This document shows positions 53,939 to 62,972 of a stretch of 64,000 nucleotides of DNA, one piece after another. Both the position numbers and the translations under genes were made by a program. The notes beneath the pieces are model-generated. The model saw only the letters and a list, made by a program, of their open reading frames with translations, had not been told where the DNA came from and ran no database searches. The first letter of the stretch is position 1; the number at the start of each line of letters is the position of its first letter. Source of the stretch: an uncultured delta proteobacterium (GTDB lineage: Bacteria; Desulfobacterota; Binatia; UBA9968). The stretch covers positions 1-64,000 of the forward strand of contig CAWJZV010000026.1 of the NCBI GenBank assembly GCA_963847445.1, read 5' to 3'.

Positions 53939-54924
53939 TTACCGCGCGCTCAACTCCTTCACCGCCTCGCGCAGATAACTTTGATCGACATACTTGGCCG
54001 CGCTCGGCACCGCGCCTTTGGACTGGGTTTGCTCCCAATAGATCTGCGTGACGTTTTGCAGGCCGTCGATGTTCAGATCGCCGTCGGGGTGCCACGTCTT
54101 GGTCGACGTGTAAAATTCCCAGCCGCGCCGGGCATGGTCGGGTTTGAGATTCATTTCCTTGGCGAGATAGTCCGCCGCGGGCTCTTTGTTCTGGTGAATC
54201 CAGCGCATGGTCTGCGCCATGGCGCGCATGACGCGCACCAGCACCGGCCGGTTTTTTTCCGCCCATGTCCGCTTGGTCGAAAGTGCCGCCAGCTGGTAAT
54301 TGGCAATCACGTCGACGAAACGACCGATTTCGTTAAAGCCCTGCTCTTCGGCAGCGTAATTCACCGGCAGCGACAATGCCGCGGCATCGATGGCACCGGC
54401 AACCAGCGCCGCGTAGGTCTGCGGCGTGCCGCCGATGACCAGCAGTTTGTAATCCCGCGGGTATTCGAGCCCTTTCACCTTGAGCACTTGGCGCAGCGCG
54501 AAGGTGACGCCAGAAGTGAGACTGATGGCGCCGAAATGTAGCGCCGCGCAGGTCGCTGTAGGTTTTGAATTTTCTTGGCGGCCATGATCGACTGCGTCAG
54601 GCCGTTGATGAGACCGCCGACGATCACCAGATCGAGCCCCTTCTCGATGGCCGCGATGGGCGCGTCAGACGCACTGCCGGCGATCTCCAAGGAACCGCCG
54701 GCCAGGGCTTGAATGCCGACGTCGGAAGCGCGAATCACCACCACCTCGACGTCAAGGTTCTGCTTGGCGAAAAAGCCCATGCGCGAGGCGATCCAAAGTG
54801 GACCGTAGCCAAGCGTCTTGGTCGCCGAGCTGATGCGCAGTTTAGTGCGCTCTTGGGCGCCGCAAACGTTAGCGAAAAGAAGGCAGGCGAGAACCGCGGT
54901 GATGGGATAACTTGGTAACGCCAT
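53939..54924 (-). CDS. ABC substrate-binding protein (SsuA/NMT1-like, 'GLEYPRDY' subfamily), frameshifted
   Basis: 'KTLGYGPLWIA..MGFF', 'GLEYPRDYKLL', 'WAEKNRP'. Confidence 0.85.
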
Positions 54925-55027
54925 CGAATTCTCCTATGAGACCACGAGCGCTGGAAATAATTGCTGAACCAGTATCGGTCCGAAACGATTCGAACTTTTT
55001 GAACGGCTTGAAAGTTTTGAACCGCCT

Positions 55028-56242
55028 TTAAGTCAATACGTCTTCCTGGCGCCACTGTTCGATGGTGGCTTTATCGTAGCCCAGCAGTTCGCCGAGGATT
55101 TGGTCGTTGTCCGAGCCCAAGCGAGCGGGCAATTTCAGTGGATCTTCGGGCACGCCTTTGAAGACAAAGCCGCTGCGCGGAATTTCAAATGGCCCAATCA
55201 GCGACTCGGGAAATGACGAGAAGTAATTGCGGTGGCGCAGCTGCGGATCTTTGAGCAAGTCTGCGCCGGTCTGCACGACGCTGGCCGGCACACCCGCCGC
55301 TTGGCACCTGGTCATGACTTCTTCCGCTGGACGCGCCTCGGTCCATTCTTTGACAATGGCATCGAGCTCCGCGCGGTTATTCAAGCGTAACTGGAGGGTA
55401 ATAAACCGCGCGTCGCTGACGAGTTCCGCCCGGCCGGTGACACGGCAGAAGCTCCGCCACTCGGCATCGTCGCGCACCGAGATCACACACCAACGATCCT
55501 CGCCCTGGCAACGGTAGACACCATGAGGGGCAGCCAATGCGTAATGATTGCCCTTGGGCTTAGGATCGTCGCCGTTCACCGAAGTTTCCAAGTACGTCGT
55601 GCCCAACACCGCCGCCGTGCCCTCGATCTGCGCCAGATCGATGGTCACGCCTTTGCCGCTGCGCCGGCTGTGCAAAAGTGCCGCGATCATCATCGTCGGC
55701 CCCAGGACAAAACCAAGATGATCGGGATAGACGCCCTGACTGCCGATCGGGCGATCCTGCTCGGGGTGATTCCAAAGATAGGTAATGCCGGAGAAAGCCG
55801 TCAGATTGAATCCCCAGGTGCCGTAGCTGCTCTTCGGCCCTTCGGTGCCGAAACCGGGCAGTTTCACAACCACAAGTTTAGGATTAGCTTTGCGCAACTC
55901 GTCATCGCCTAAACCCAGTTTATCCAATACCCTAGGGCGAAAATTCTCCAATATCGCATCCGCTTTGCCGGCGAGCTCGCGAATCAGCTTCGCGCCGGTG
56001 GGATTTTTTAGATTGATCGACAGCGAGCGGACGCCGAGATTGCACTCGATGAAGCGCGGCGCCTCGTCGATGTCTTTATGCTGGCCGTAATGGCGAAAGG
56101 TATCGAGGCCGCCCTTGCGCGACTCGATCTTGATCACCTCCGCGCCATAGTTGGCCAGCAACCTGCCGGCGTAGGGGCCGGCGTAGCCGGTGGTGAAAGC
56201 GAGGATGCGCACACCCTTCAATATTTCGTTAGTCGTGCTCAT
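55028..56242 (-). CDS. Class III CoA-transferase (CaiB/BaiF), subunit retaining the catalytic Asp
   Basis: 'AGPYAGRLLANYGAEVIKIES', 'ENFRP', 'YPDHLG', 'PHGVYRC'. Confidence 0.93.
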   Translation of the reverse strand: MSTTNEILKGVRILAFTTGYAGPYAGRLLANYGAEVIKIESRKGGLDTFRHYGQHKDIDEAPRFIECNLGVRSLSINLKNPTGAKLIRELAGKADAILENFRPRVLDKLGLGDDELRKANPKLVVVKLPGFGTEGPKSSYGTWGFNLTAFSGITYLWNHPEQDRPIGSQGVYPDHLGFVLGPTMMIAALLHSRRSGKGVTIDLAQIEGTAAVLGTTYLETSVNGDDPKPKGNHYALAAPHGVYRCQGEDRWCVISVRDDAEWRSFCRVTGRAELVSDARFITLQLRLNNRAELDAIVKEWTEARPAEEVMTRCQAAGVPASVVQTGADLLKDPQLRHRNYFSSFPESLIGPFEIPRSGFVFKGVPEDPLKLPARLGSDNDQILGELLGYDKATIEQWRQEDVLT

Positions 56243-56249
56243 ATTCAGC

Positions 56250-56340
56250 TCAGATTAAAAATTCCAAATTCCAGATTACATATTCCAGACTAAGGCGAGT
56301 TCTTGCCAATTTGGAATCTGGAATCTGTAATTTGGAATTA
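56250..56340. repeat. 7-bp tandem repeat ATTCCAR with inverted YTGGAAT arm
   Basis: attccaaattccagattacatattccag...ttggaatctggaatctgtaatttggaat. Confidence 0.8.
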
Positions 56341-56341
56341 T

Positions 56342-57550
56342 TCAGATAACCCCTTCCGCCGCCAATGCCGCTAGATCGCTCGCGCCCAAGCCCAACTCGC
56401 CGCGCAATATTTCATCGTTGTGCTGGCCGACGAGCGGCGCGGGAGCCGGCCCGCCGCGCTTACCGTCCACCGTGAAGAAATTACCCGGCGCGTCGAAGCT
56501 GCCAAGCACCGGATGCGTCACCTGGCTAAAAAAGCCGCGCGCCTGAATATGCGGGTCTTTCATGAAGTCCGAAGGGGAATTCACCGGCAGTCCGGGGATG
56601 CCGTGCTTCTGCATCAGTTCCGCCAGATCTTCTTTCGTGTAACGCATCGTGAACGATGTCACCTGCGCGTTGATGTAGTCAGCCTGCTGCCGCCGCAGGT
56701 TGCTGTTGATCCACTTGGGATCGTCCAGCGCCGGCTCGTGATGGTCCCAAACCTTGAGCAGCAGCGGCCAGTGGGTCTGCGTGACGAACAAGGCGATCCA
56801 GCCGTTCTGGCACTGGAACAAATTCGCCGGCGCGTTATGCTGGTGCTGGCTACCGGCGCGTTTCATCACCCGGCCGTCGGAAGAAAAGTTAAACGCCACA
56901 TGCTCGTGCAGCGCCATGCTCGCCTGCACCGAGCCGTCGATCCACGCGCCGATGCCGCGCATCTCGCGCTGCCACAGCGCCAACATCGTGCCATAGCAGG
57001 CCATCAAGCTGGCGTAATAATAAGCCTGCGTCTCCGGCGGATTGCACGGCGTCATCTTCGGATCGCCGCTGATGTAAAGCAACGCGCCCATGGCGTTGCC
57101 GACGATATCCGGCGCTTTGTAATGAGCGTACGGCCCGTCTTGGCCGAAACCGGTGAGCGACACCAGGATCAGCTTGCTGTGCCTTTCCAGCAGCTGCGCA
57201 TAGCCGAGACCGCGCGCCGCGAACTCGCCCGGCGCGAAAGTTTCGAGCACGATGTCAGACTTCGCCACCAGATCGAGAAATATCTTTCGCCCGCTGTCTT
57301 TGGCGATATCGAGCGTAATACTTTTTTTACCGCCGTTGAGATAGGCGAAGCGCAAGCTGCCCTCGCGGTGCGCATGGCCATTGGCGAAGGGCGGCTCCAA
57401 GCGCCCGGCATCACCGCCCGGCGGCTCGATCTTGATCACTTCCATGCCGAGATCGCGCAGCACCTTGCCGCAAAACGATCCCATGGAGGAACTCAAGTCG
57501 AGGACGCGGTAGCCGGAGAGGAGTGGGGTTGCGTTGGTGATTTCAATCAT
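56342..57550 (-). CDS. Class III CoA-transferase (CaiB/BaiF), second subunit
   Basis: 'GYRVLDL', 'DLGMEVIKIEPPGGD', 'LNGGKKSITLD', 'TGFGQDGPYA', 'APLVGQHN'. Confidence 0.92.
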   Translation of the reverse strand: MIEITNATPLLSGYRVLDLSSSMGSFCGKVLRDLGMEVIKIEPPGGDAGRLEPPFANGHAHREGSLRFAYLNGGKKSITLDIAKDSGRKIFLDLVAKSDIVLETFAPGEFAARGLGYAQLLERHSKLILVSLTGFGQDGPYAHYKAPDIVGNAMGALLYISGDPKMTPCNPPETQAYYYASLMACYGTMLALWQREMRGIGAWIDGSVQASMALHEHVAFNFSSDGRVMKRAGSQHQHNAPANLFQCQNGWIALFVTQTHWPLLLKVWDHHEPALDDPKWINSNLRRQQADYINAQVTSFTMRYTKEDLAELMQKHGIPGLPVNSPSDFMKDPHIQARGFFSQVTHPVLGSFDAPGNFFTVDGKRGGPAPAPLVGQHNDEILRGELGLGASDLAALAAEGVI

Positions 57551-57584
57551 GTGCAGGGTTCGATCGAAGTGTAGAATCCTCTGA

Positions 57585-57656
57585 TTTCGAGGATGGACGA
57601 TGGAGAATTGACGATAGAGAATCGCAAGACGCCATCCTCGATCCTCTATCCTCGAC
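57585..57656. repeat. 7-bp tandem repeat GAGGATN with inverted ATCCTCN arm
   Basis: cgaggatggacgatggagaattgacgatagagaat...atcctcgatcctctatcctcga. Confidence 0.75.
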
Positions 57657-57662
57657 CGTTCT

Positions 57663-58826
57663 TCATCCCTTATGATTGCGAATAATATGTTCCGCCAGAC
57701 GCCAGCGCAGCACCTCCGGCGTGCCTTCGGTGATGCGCAGGCTGCGCACCTGGCGGTACCACCATTCAAGCGGTAATTCGCGCATGAGACCTAAACCGCC
57801 ATGGACCTGAATCGAGCGGTCGACCACCCGGCTGGCCATCTCGGCGCACTGAATTTTCGTCATGTACGATAATTGACGAATATCCTCGCCGCGATCATGG
57901 CGCCAGGCGCATTCGTAAACCATCAAGCGGCAAGCGTGCAGCTCCATCGCCGAGTCGGCGATCATGAACTGAATCGCCTGGCGGTTGGCCAGCGGCTGGC
58001 CGAAGGTGGTGCGCACCTTGGAATATTCGATCATCATGTCGAGGGCACGCGACGCGATGCCCACCGGCCGCGCGCCATGGCCGCGCACGCGCCCCTCTTC
58101 GATCCACTTTTGCGCGATGGAAAAGCCCTGCCCTTCGCCGCCGATCATGTCGGCCGCCGCCACGCGGACATTTTCGAAATGAATTTGCCCCGGCGTGTCG
58201 CCCATCATGGTCGGCCAGAGCTTTTCCAGCGTCACGCCCGGCGCTTTCATGCTGACCATGAAACAGCTGACGCCGCCGCGCGCGCCCTTGACCGGATCGG
58301 TAACCGCGATCACCTGCGCGTAGTCGGCGGTCTTGGCGCCGGTGATGAATCTTTTAGTGCCGTTGATGACGTAATGATCGCCGTCTTTGACCGCGCGAGT
58401 TTTCATGCCTGCCGGATCGCTGCCGGCATCCGGTTCGGTCTGGGCGAAACAAATGCGCATCTTGCCGTCGATCACCGGCTGCAAGAAACGTTTCTTCTGC
58501 TCGTCGTTGCAGTGAAACAACACCGGCCGCACTTCGGGACCAAAGATCGGCGCGTAACGAAACGGGATGGCGATGGTGCGCGCGACTTCTTCCATGATCA
58601 CGCAGCGGCTCATCAAGTCGAGCCCCGCGCCGCCATACTCTTGCGGCACGTCGAGCAGCCAAAGGCCGATCGCCTTGGCTTTCTCCTGCAGCGGCTTGAT
58701 GAACTGCTCCGGCATATCTTCGCCTTCCGGCCGGCACTCCCGCTCCAGCGGGATCAGCTCGCGGTCGACGAATTTGCGCACCGTCTCTTTGAGAATTTGC
58801 AGTTCTTCGGGGAGATTGAAATCCAT
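57663..58826 (-). CDS. Acyl-CoA dehydrogenase
   Basis: 'PQEYGGAG', 'FAQTEPDAGSD', 'INGTKRFIT', 'RTTFGQPL', 'QVHGGLG', 'RITEGTPEV'. Confidence 0.94.
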   Translation of the reverse strand: MDFNLPEELQILKETVRKFVDRELIPLERECRPEGEDMPEQFIKPLQEKAKAIGLWLLDVPQEYGGAGLDLMSRCVIMEEVARTIAIPFRYAPIFGPEVRPVLFHCNDEQKKRFLQPVIDGKMRICFAQTEPDAGSDPAGMKTRAVKDGDHYVINGTKRFITGAKTADYAQVIAVTDPVKGARGGVSCFMVSMKAPGVTLEKLWPTMMGDTPGQIHFENVRVAAADMIGGEGQGFSIAQKWIEEGRVRGHGARPVGIASRALDMMIEYSKVRTTFGQPLANRQAIQFMIADSAMELHACRLMVYECAWRHDRGEDIRQLSYMTKIQCAEMASRVVDRSIQVHGGLGLMRELPLEWWYRQVRSLRITEGTPEVLRWRLAEHIIRNHKG

Positions 58827-58844
58827 TGACTGCTCCGGCCATTG

Positions 58845-58928
58845 CCCTCACCCTAACCCTCTCCCAGAGGGAGAGGGAAGAGTGAGGACGATCCGAATTG
58901 AACCTTGAACCTTGAACTTTTGAACTTT
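58845..58928. repeat. CCCTCACCCTAACCCTCTCCCAGAGGGAGAGGG palindrome followed by TTGAACC tandem repeat
   Basis: Elements at 58845-58877 and 58898-58928. Confidence 0.8.
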
Positions 58929-58940
58929 GTACCGCGAAGC

Positions 58941-59780
58941 CTATTTCGCGTTCCGGTCGTACTCGCCCAACCCCGGACGGTAGCTCTTCTTATCGAGGAA
59001 CTGTTCCATGCCGGTCTCGCGGCCCTTTTCCGGATCGGTTAGACGCAACGCCGTGCCCTTGGCGCACATGTATTCTTCCGCCTGGCCGTAGTCCATGGTG
59101 CGGCAATGTTTGTAGACTTCCTTGGCAGCGCGCAACACCGCGGGATTTTTCTTTTTCAGCTTGTCGGCGAGAGCCATGGTCTCGGCGCGCAGCTTTTCTT
59201 TTGGCACCGCATAGTTGATCAGCTTCATTTCAGCGGCTTTTTTGCCGTCGAACGGATCGCCGGTCATGATGCACCACATGGCGTCGCGGTAACACATGGC
59301 GTCGGCCAGCACCCGGCTGACCAAGCCTCCGGGGAAAATCCCCCAATTCACTTCACTCAAACCGAAGGTCGCGTCTTCCGCCGCGATGGCAAAGTCGCAA
59401 GCGATCAGCGGCGTAAACGCGCCGCCGAAGCAAAAGCCGTTGACCATGGCGATGGTCGGCTTGGGGAACCAGAACAGCCGGCGCCAGCGCCACTCCTGCG
59501 ACGCCCAGCTCGCCTTGCGCCGTTCCAATGCATTGTTATCCGTGCCGCGGAAATACTCGCGCAGGTCCTGCCCCGCGCACCAGCTCGGCCCGGCGCCGGT
59601 GAGAACCAACACCTGGGTCTCTTTGTCGACTTCCAATTCGGTCAAGGCTTCGAGCATATCGTAGTGAAGCTGGGGGTTCATCGCGTTACGCTTCTCTGGA
59701 CGATTGAGAATCACCCAAGTCGTCCCGTCCTCTTTTTCGACCCTGACGGTCTTATATTCTTTCCATAATGTTGCAGCCAC
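58941..59780 (-). CDS. p-Hydroxycinnamoyl-CoA hydratase/lyase (HCHL; Ech/FerB/CouA type)
   Basis: 'LNRPEKRNAMNP', 'WCAGQDLREYFR', 'GFCFGGAFTPL', 'FGLSEVNWGIFPGG', C-terminal 'FLDKKSYRPGL'; AAGGAGG RBS with GTG start. Confidence 0.92.
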   Translation of the reverse strand: MAATLWKEYKTVRVEKEDGTTWVILNRPEKRNAMNPQLHYDMLEALTELEVDKETQVLVLTGAGPSWCAGQDLREYFRGTDNNALERRKASWASQEWRWRRLFWFPKPTIAMVNGFCFGGAFTPLIACDFAIAAEDATFGLSEVNWGIFPGGLVSRVLADAMCYRDAMWCIMTGDPFDGKKAAEMKLINYAVPKEKLRAETMALADKLKKKNPAVLRAAKEVYKHCRTMDYGQAEEYMCAKGTALRLTDPEKGRETGMEQFLDKKSYRPGLGEYDRNAK

Positions 59781-59881
59781 GTTTCGTACCTCCTTAGTTT
59801 AATGTCAAATTTAATCAATTCTTATTCGACCCACTGGGAAACTGTCAAGCGGATTCAAACGAATGTTTCCCTCAGTAACGG

Positions 59882-60888
59882 TTATTTCGCGTACAGCGTT
59901 TTGACAAACCCGCTCTGCTCAATCTCGCGCAGCAAACTATCGTCGACGAAGGATTTTGGGTCGGCTGTCTTGGCTTTCGGATTGTCCTTCTCGATGAAGC
60001 CGAGTACGGTTTCGACGCCGCGTATCGACGGATACGGGATGTTCTCATAATATTTTGCAATCAGTAGATCCAGGGAGCGCTCGAGGTTTCGTTCCTGCTC
60101 AGGCCCGATTCGAAGTTTTTTCTTGACGATGTCCAAGCTCTCCTTCTTGTTCTGTTTCACGAACGCGATCCCTTCCACGTATCCTCTGAGAAATCTTAAG
60201 ACCTTATCGCGGTTATTCTTGATGTATTGCCGAGTCGTCGCCACCATCGTATGCAGATAGAAAATGTCGGTATCCGCCATATCGAGCAACACTCGATAGC
60301 CGCGATCCTCGGCGACGAACATCGACGGAATCGTCAGCACACCTCCGTCGACACCGCCTTTGTCGAGGCTCGCCAGCATATTCGGCGACGAGCCGAGTTG
60401 CAGGACCTGAATATCATTCACGGTCATCTTCCAGCGCTGCAGCATCATGAGCAGAACGGAATGAGAAACCGCGCCGATGCGCGTAACGCCGACTCTTTTT
60501 CCTTTGAGATCCGCCGGCGTTTTTATTTCCGGCTTTGTGACAAGTCTCTGCAGGCCTTTGTTGACGACGCTGGCGACCATCACTGTATCGCCGCCGCGCA
60601 ACGCCGCGGCAACCAAGACGTCGCCGGCCGAGTTCACCATTTGGATGTCATTGGCGAGCAACGCGCTGATCCCCGCAGTGCCGCCCTGACCGGTGACGAT
60701 CACTTCGGCTTCAATCCCATGTTTACGAAAAAGTCCTCTAGTCTCCGCCACCCAAACCGCAGCGTGCAGTCCGCTCACAGAGCTCAGCCCCATACTAATC
60801 TTGTCCTGGGCGAATCCGAGCCGTGATTGAAATAAACCAATGAGCAGCAGCAAACAAAAACTCGCAAATGAACGTTGTCTTGTGTCAT
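59882..60888 (-). CDS. ABC substrate-binding protein (SsuA/NMT1-like); start uncertain
   Basis: 'VWVAETRGLFRKHGI', 'DLKGKRVGVTRIG', 'PKSFVDDSLLREIEQSGF'. Confidence 0.87.
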
Positions 60889-60911
60889 CGCCAATTCTTC
60901 CTTTTTAATTT

Positions 60912-61901
60912 TTACTTTTTACTTTTGTCAATTTCCGCCCACGCCTGCTTCAAATAACTCTGGTCAATATACTTCGACGGCTGCGGCAGAGGCTCTTTCA
61001 AAACCCCCTGGTCGGCAGTGAGATTGATGATTGTGCGCACGCCCTCGACATTGAGACCCGCGTCGCGATCCCAGATGCGGTTCTTCCAGTTATAATCGGA
61101 AGCATAGCGGCAGTGCTCCATGCTGATCGACATCTCTTTCGTCAGATAGGCGCAGGCCGCGTCCCGGTTGTCCGCCATCCAGCGCATGGACGCCACCATC
61201 GCCTTCATAAACCTGACAACCAGCGGACGGTTTTTCTCGGCCCAGGATCGCTTGACGATGTAGACATTGAACTGAAAATTGGGCTGATCGTCGGCGAAGT
61301 AACCGATGATGTTAAACCCCTGCTGCTTGGCGACAAGATCCAGCGGCACGCCTACCGGCGCTGACGAGATCTGCCCCGCGGTCAGCGCCTGGAAACGATC
61401 GGGCGCGCTGCCGATGTTCAAAAGCTTGTAGTCGCGCGGATACTCCAGGCCGTGGACTTTCATAACCAGGCGTAGGGCAAACCCGGTGCCGGAGGTGAGC
61501 GTCTGCGAACCGATGGTGGTGCCGCGCAGATCGGCGTAGGTTTTGTATTGTTTGGCGCCGATCATACTCAGTCCGAGCCCATTGATCAGCCCGCCGATCA
61601 TCGTAATATCCGCGCCTCTCTCATAGGCGTTGATGAGCGTATCAACGGTCGCGCTGGCAACGTAAATCGAATCAGCCGTCAGCGCCTGAATCGTCAGCGG
61701 CGAGCCGCGCATGGTGACGATCGGTACGTCCAGACCTTCCTTTTCAAAAAACCCCATCTTCGCCGCCACCCACAGCGGCCCGTAGCTCAAGGTCTTCGAC
61801 GATTCGCCGATGGGGAAGCGAAACTTCTCCTGGGCTTCAATTCGGCCTACGCCTAAGAAGAGCAGTAAGATCAAGCAGTCTATCCAGAATCGCATCTTCA
61901 T
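60912..61901 (-). CDS. ABC substrate-binding protein ('GLEYPRDY' subfamily)
   Basis: 'RFPIGESSKTLSYGPLWVA', 'GLEYPRDYKLL', 'WAEKNRPLVV'. Confidence 0.88.
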   Translation of the reverse strand: MKMRFWIDCLILLLFLGVGRIEAQEKFRFPIGESSKTLSYGPLWVAAKMGFFEKEGLDVPIVTMRGSPLTIQALTADSIYVASATVDTLINAYERGADITMIGGLINGLGLSMIGAKQYKTYADLRGTTIGSQTLTSGTGFALRLVMKVHGLEYPRDYKLLNIGSAPDRFQALTAGQISSAPVGVPLDLVAKQQGFNIIGYFADDQPNFQFNVYIVKRSWAEKNRPLVVRFMKAMVASMRWMADNRDAACAYLTKEMSISMEHCRYASDYNWKNRIWDRDAGLNVEGVRTIINLTADQGVLKEPLPQPSKYIDQSYLKQAWAEIDKSKK

Positions 61902-61926
61902 CCGAAACCCCCTTACTCCGCACCAC

Positions 61927-62941
61927 TTACTTCTTCGCCAACTCCGCGAACGCCTGTTTGATATAGCTCTGATCGATATACTTCGCCGGCTGTCGCCAGC
62001 GGCTCTTTCTGGCCGGCGATCTCGGCGACGATCTTGATCATGGTGCGGACGCCGTCGAGATTCAGCTCGGCGTTGCGATCCCAGACATAATTCTTAACGC
62101 TATATTCCCAGGCAATGCGGCAGTTCTCGACTGTCATCGACATTTCCTTCGACAGATAGCCACAAGCCGCGTCGCGGTTGTCGAACAGCCAGCGATGGGT
62201 TTGCACTATCGCCTTCATGTAGCGCACCACCAGCGGGCGGTTTTTTTCGGCCCACGAACGCTTGACGGTGTACGGGTTCAAAAAATAATTGGGTACATCG
62301 TCGGCAAAATAGCCGAGCACGTTGAAACCCTGCTGCTTGGCCGAGGTATCGAGCGGCACGCTCAACGGGGTCGCGGCGATCTGACCGGACTGCAATGCGA
62401 TGTAACGATCGGTCACGCCGCCGACATTTAGAATTTGATAATCGCGCGGATACTCCAGGCCATGGGCGCGCAACACCAGACGCAAGGCAAAGCCGGTTCC
62501 GGTAGTAATCGTCTGCGAGCCGATGGTCTTGCCGCGCAGATCGTCAAAGGTCTTGTACGGCTTGGCGGCTACCAGGCTCATGCTCAGATTATTGAGCAGA
62601 CTGCCGACCATCGCCAAGTCGAGCCCTTTGTCGACGGCGCCAATCACGCCATCGGTGCCGACATTGGCGACATAGATCGACTCGGTGGCCAAAGCTTGAA
62701 TGGTGATCGGCGTGCCGCGCATGACGACGATCTGAACATCCAAACCCTCGCGCTCGAAGTAGCCGAGTTTTTGCCCGAGCCACAACGGCCCGTAGCTGAA
62801 GGTTTTCGACGACGCGCCGATGGGAAAGCGAACCTTCTCCTGCGCCACGAGAGGCACACCAGTTAGAATGATGACGATGAGCAGCGCTACCGCCGACGCG
62901 ATCCTCAATCCTCCATCCTCGATCCTCGACCGGATATCCAT
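61927..62941 (-). CDS. ABC substrate-binding protein ('GLEYPRDY' subfamily), tandem paralogue; C-terminal frameshift
   Basis: 'RFPIGASSKTFSYGPLW', 'GLEYPRDYQIL'; rebuilt end AELAKK*. Confidence 0.87.
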
Positions 62942-62972
62942 CACACAATACGCCAACACTCCATCTCTCCAA

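Noticed and set aside
56420-58829. Long plus-strand ORFs (384 aa and 318 aa) and many similar antisense ORFs
   Set aside because: Shadow frames of GC-rich genes on the opposite strand, with no motifs or RBS.
59790-59850. MarR-type (FerR/CouR) operator upstream of HCHL
   Set aside because: AT-rich with TTGACA hexamers but only weak symmetry and no regulator gene nearby; not enough support.
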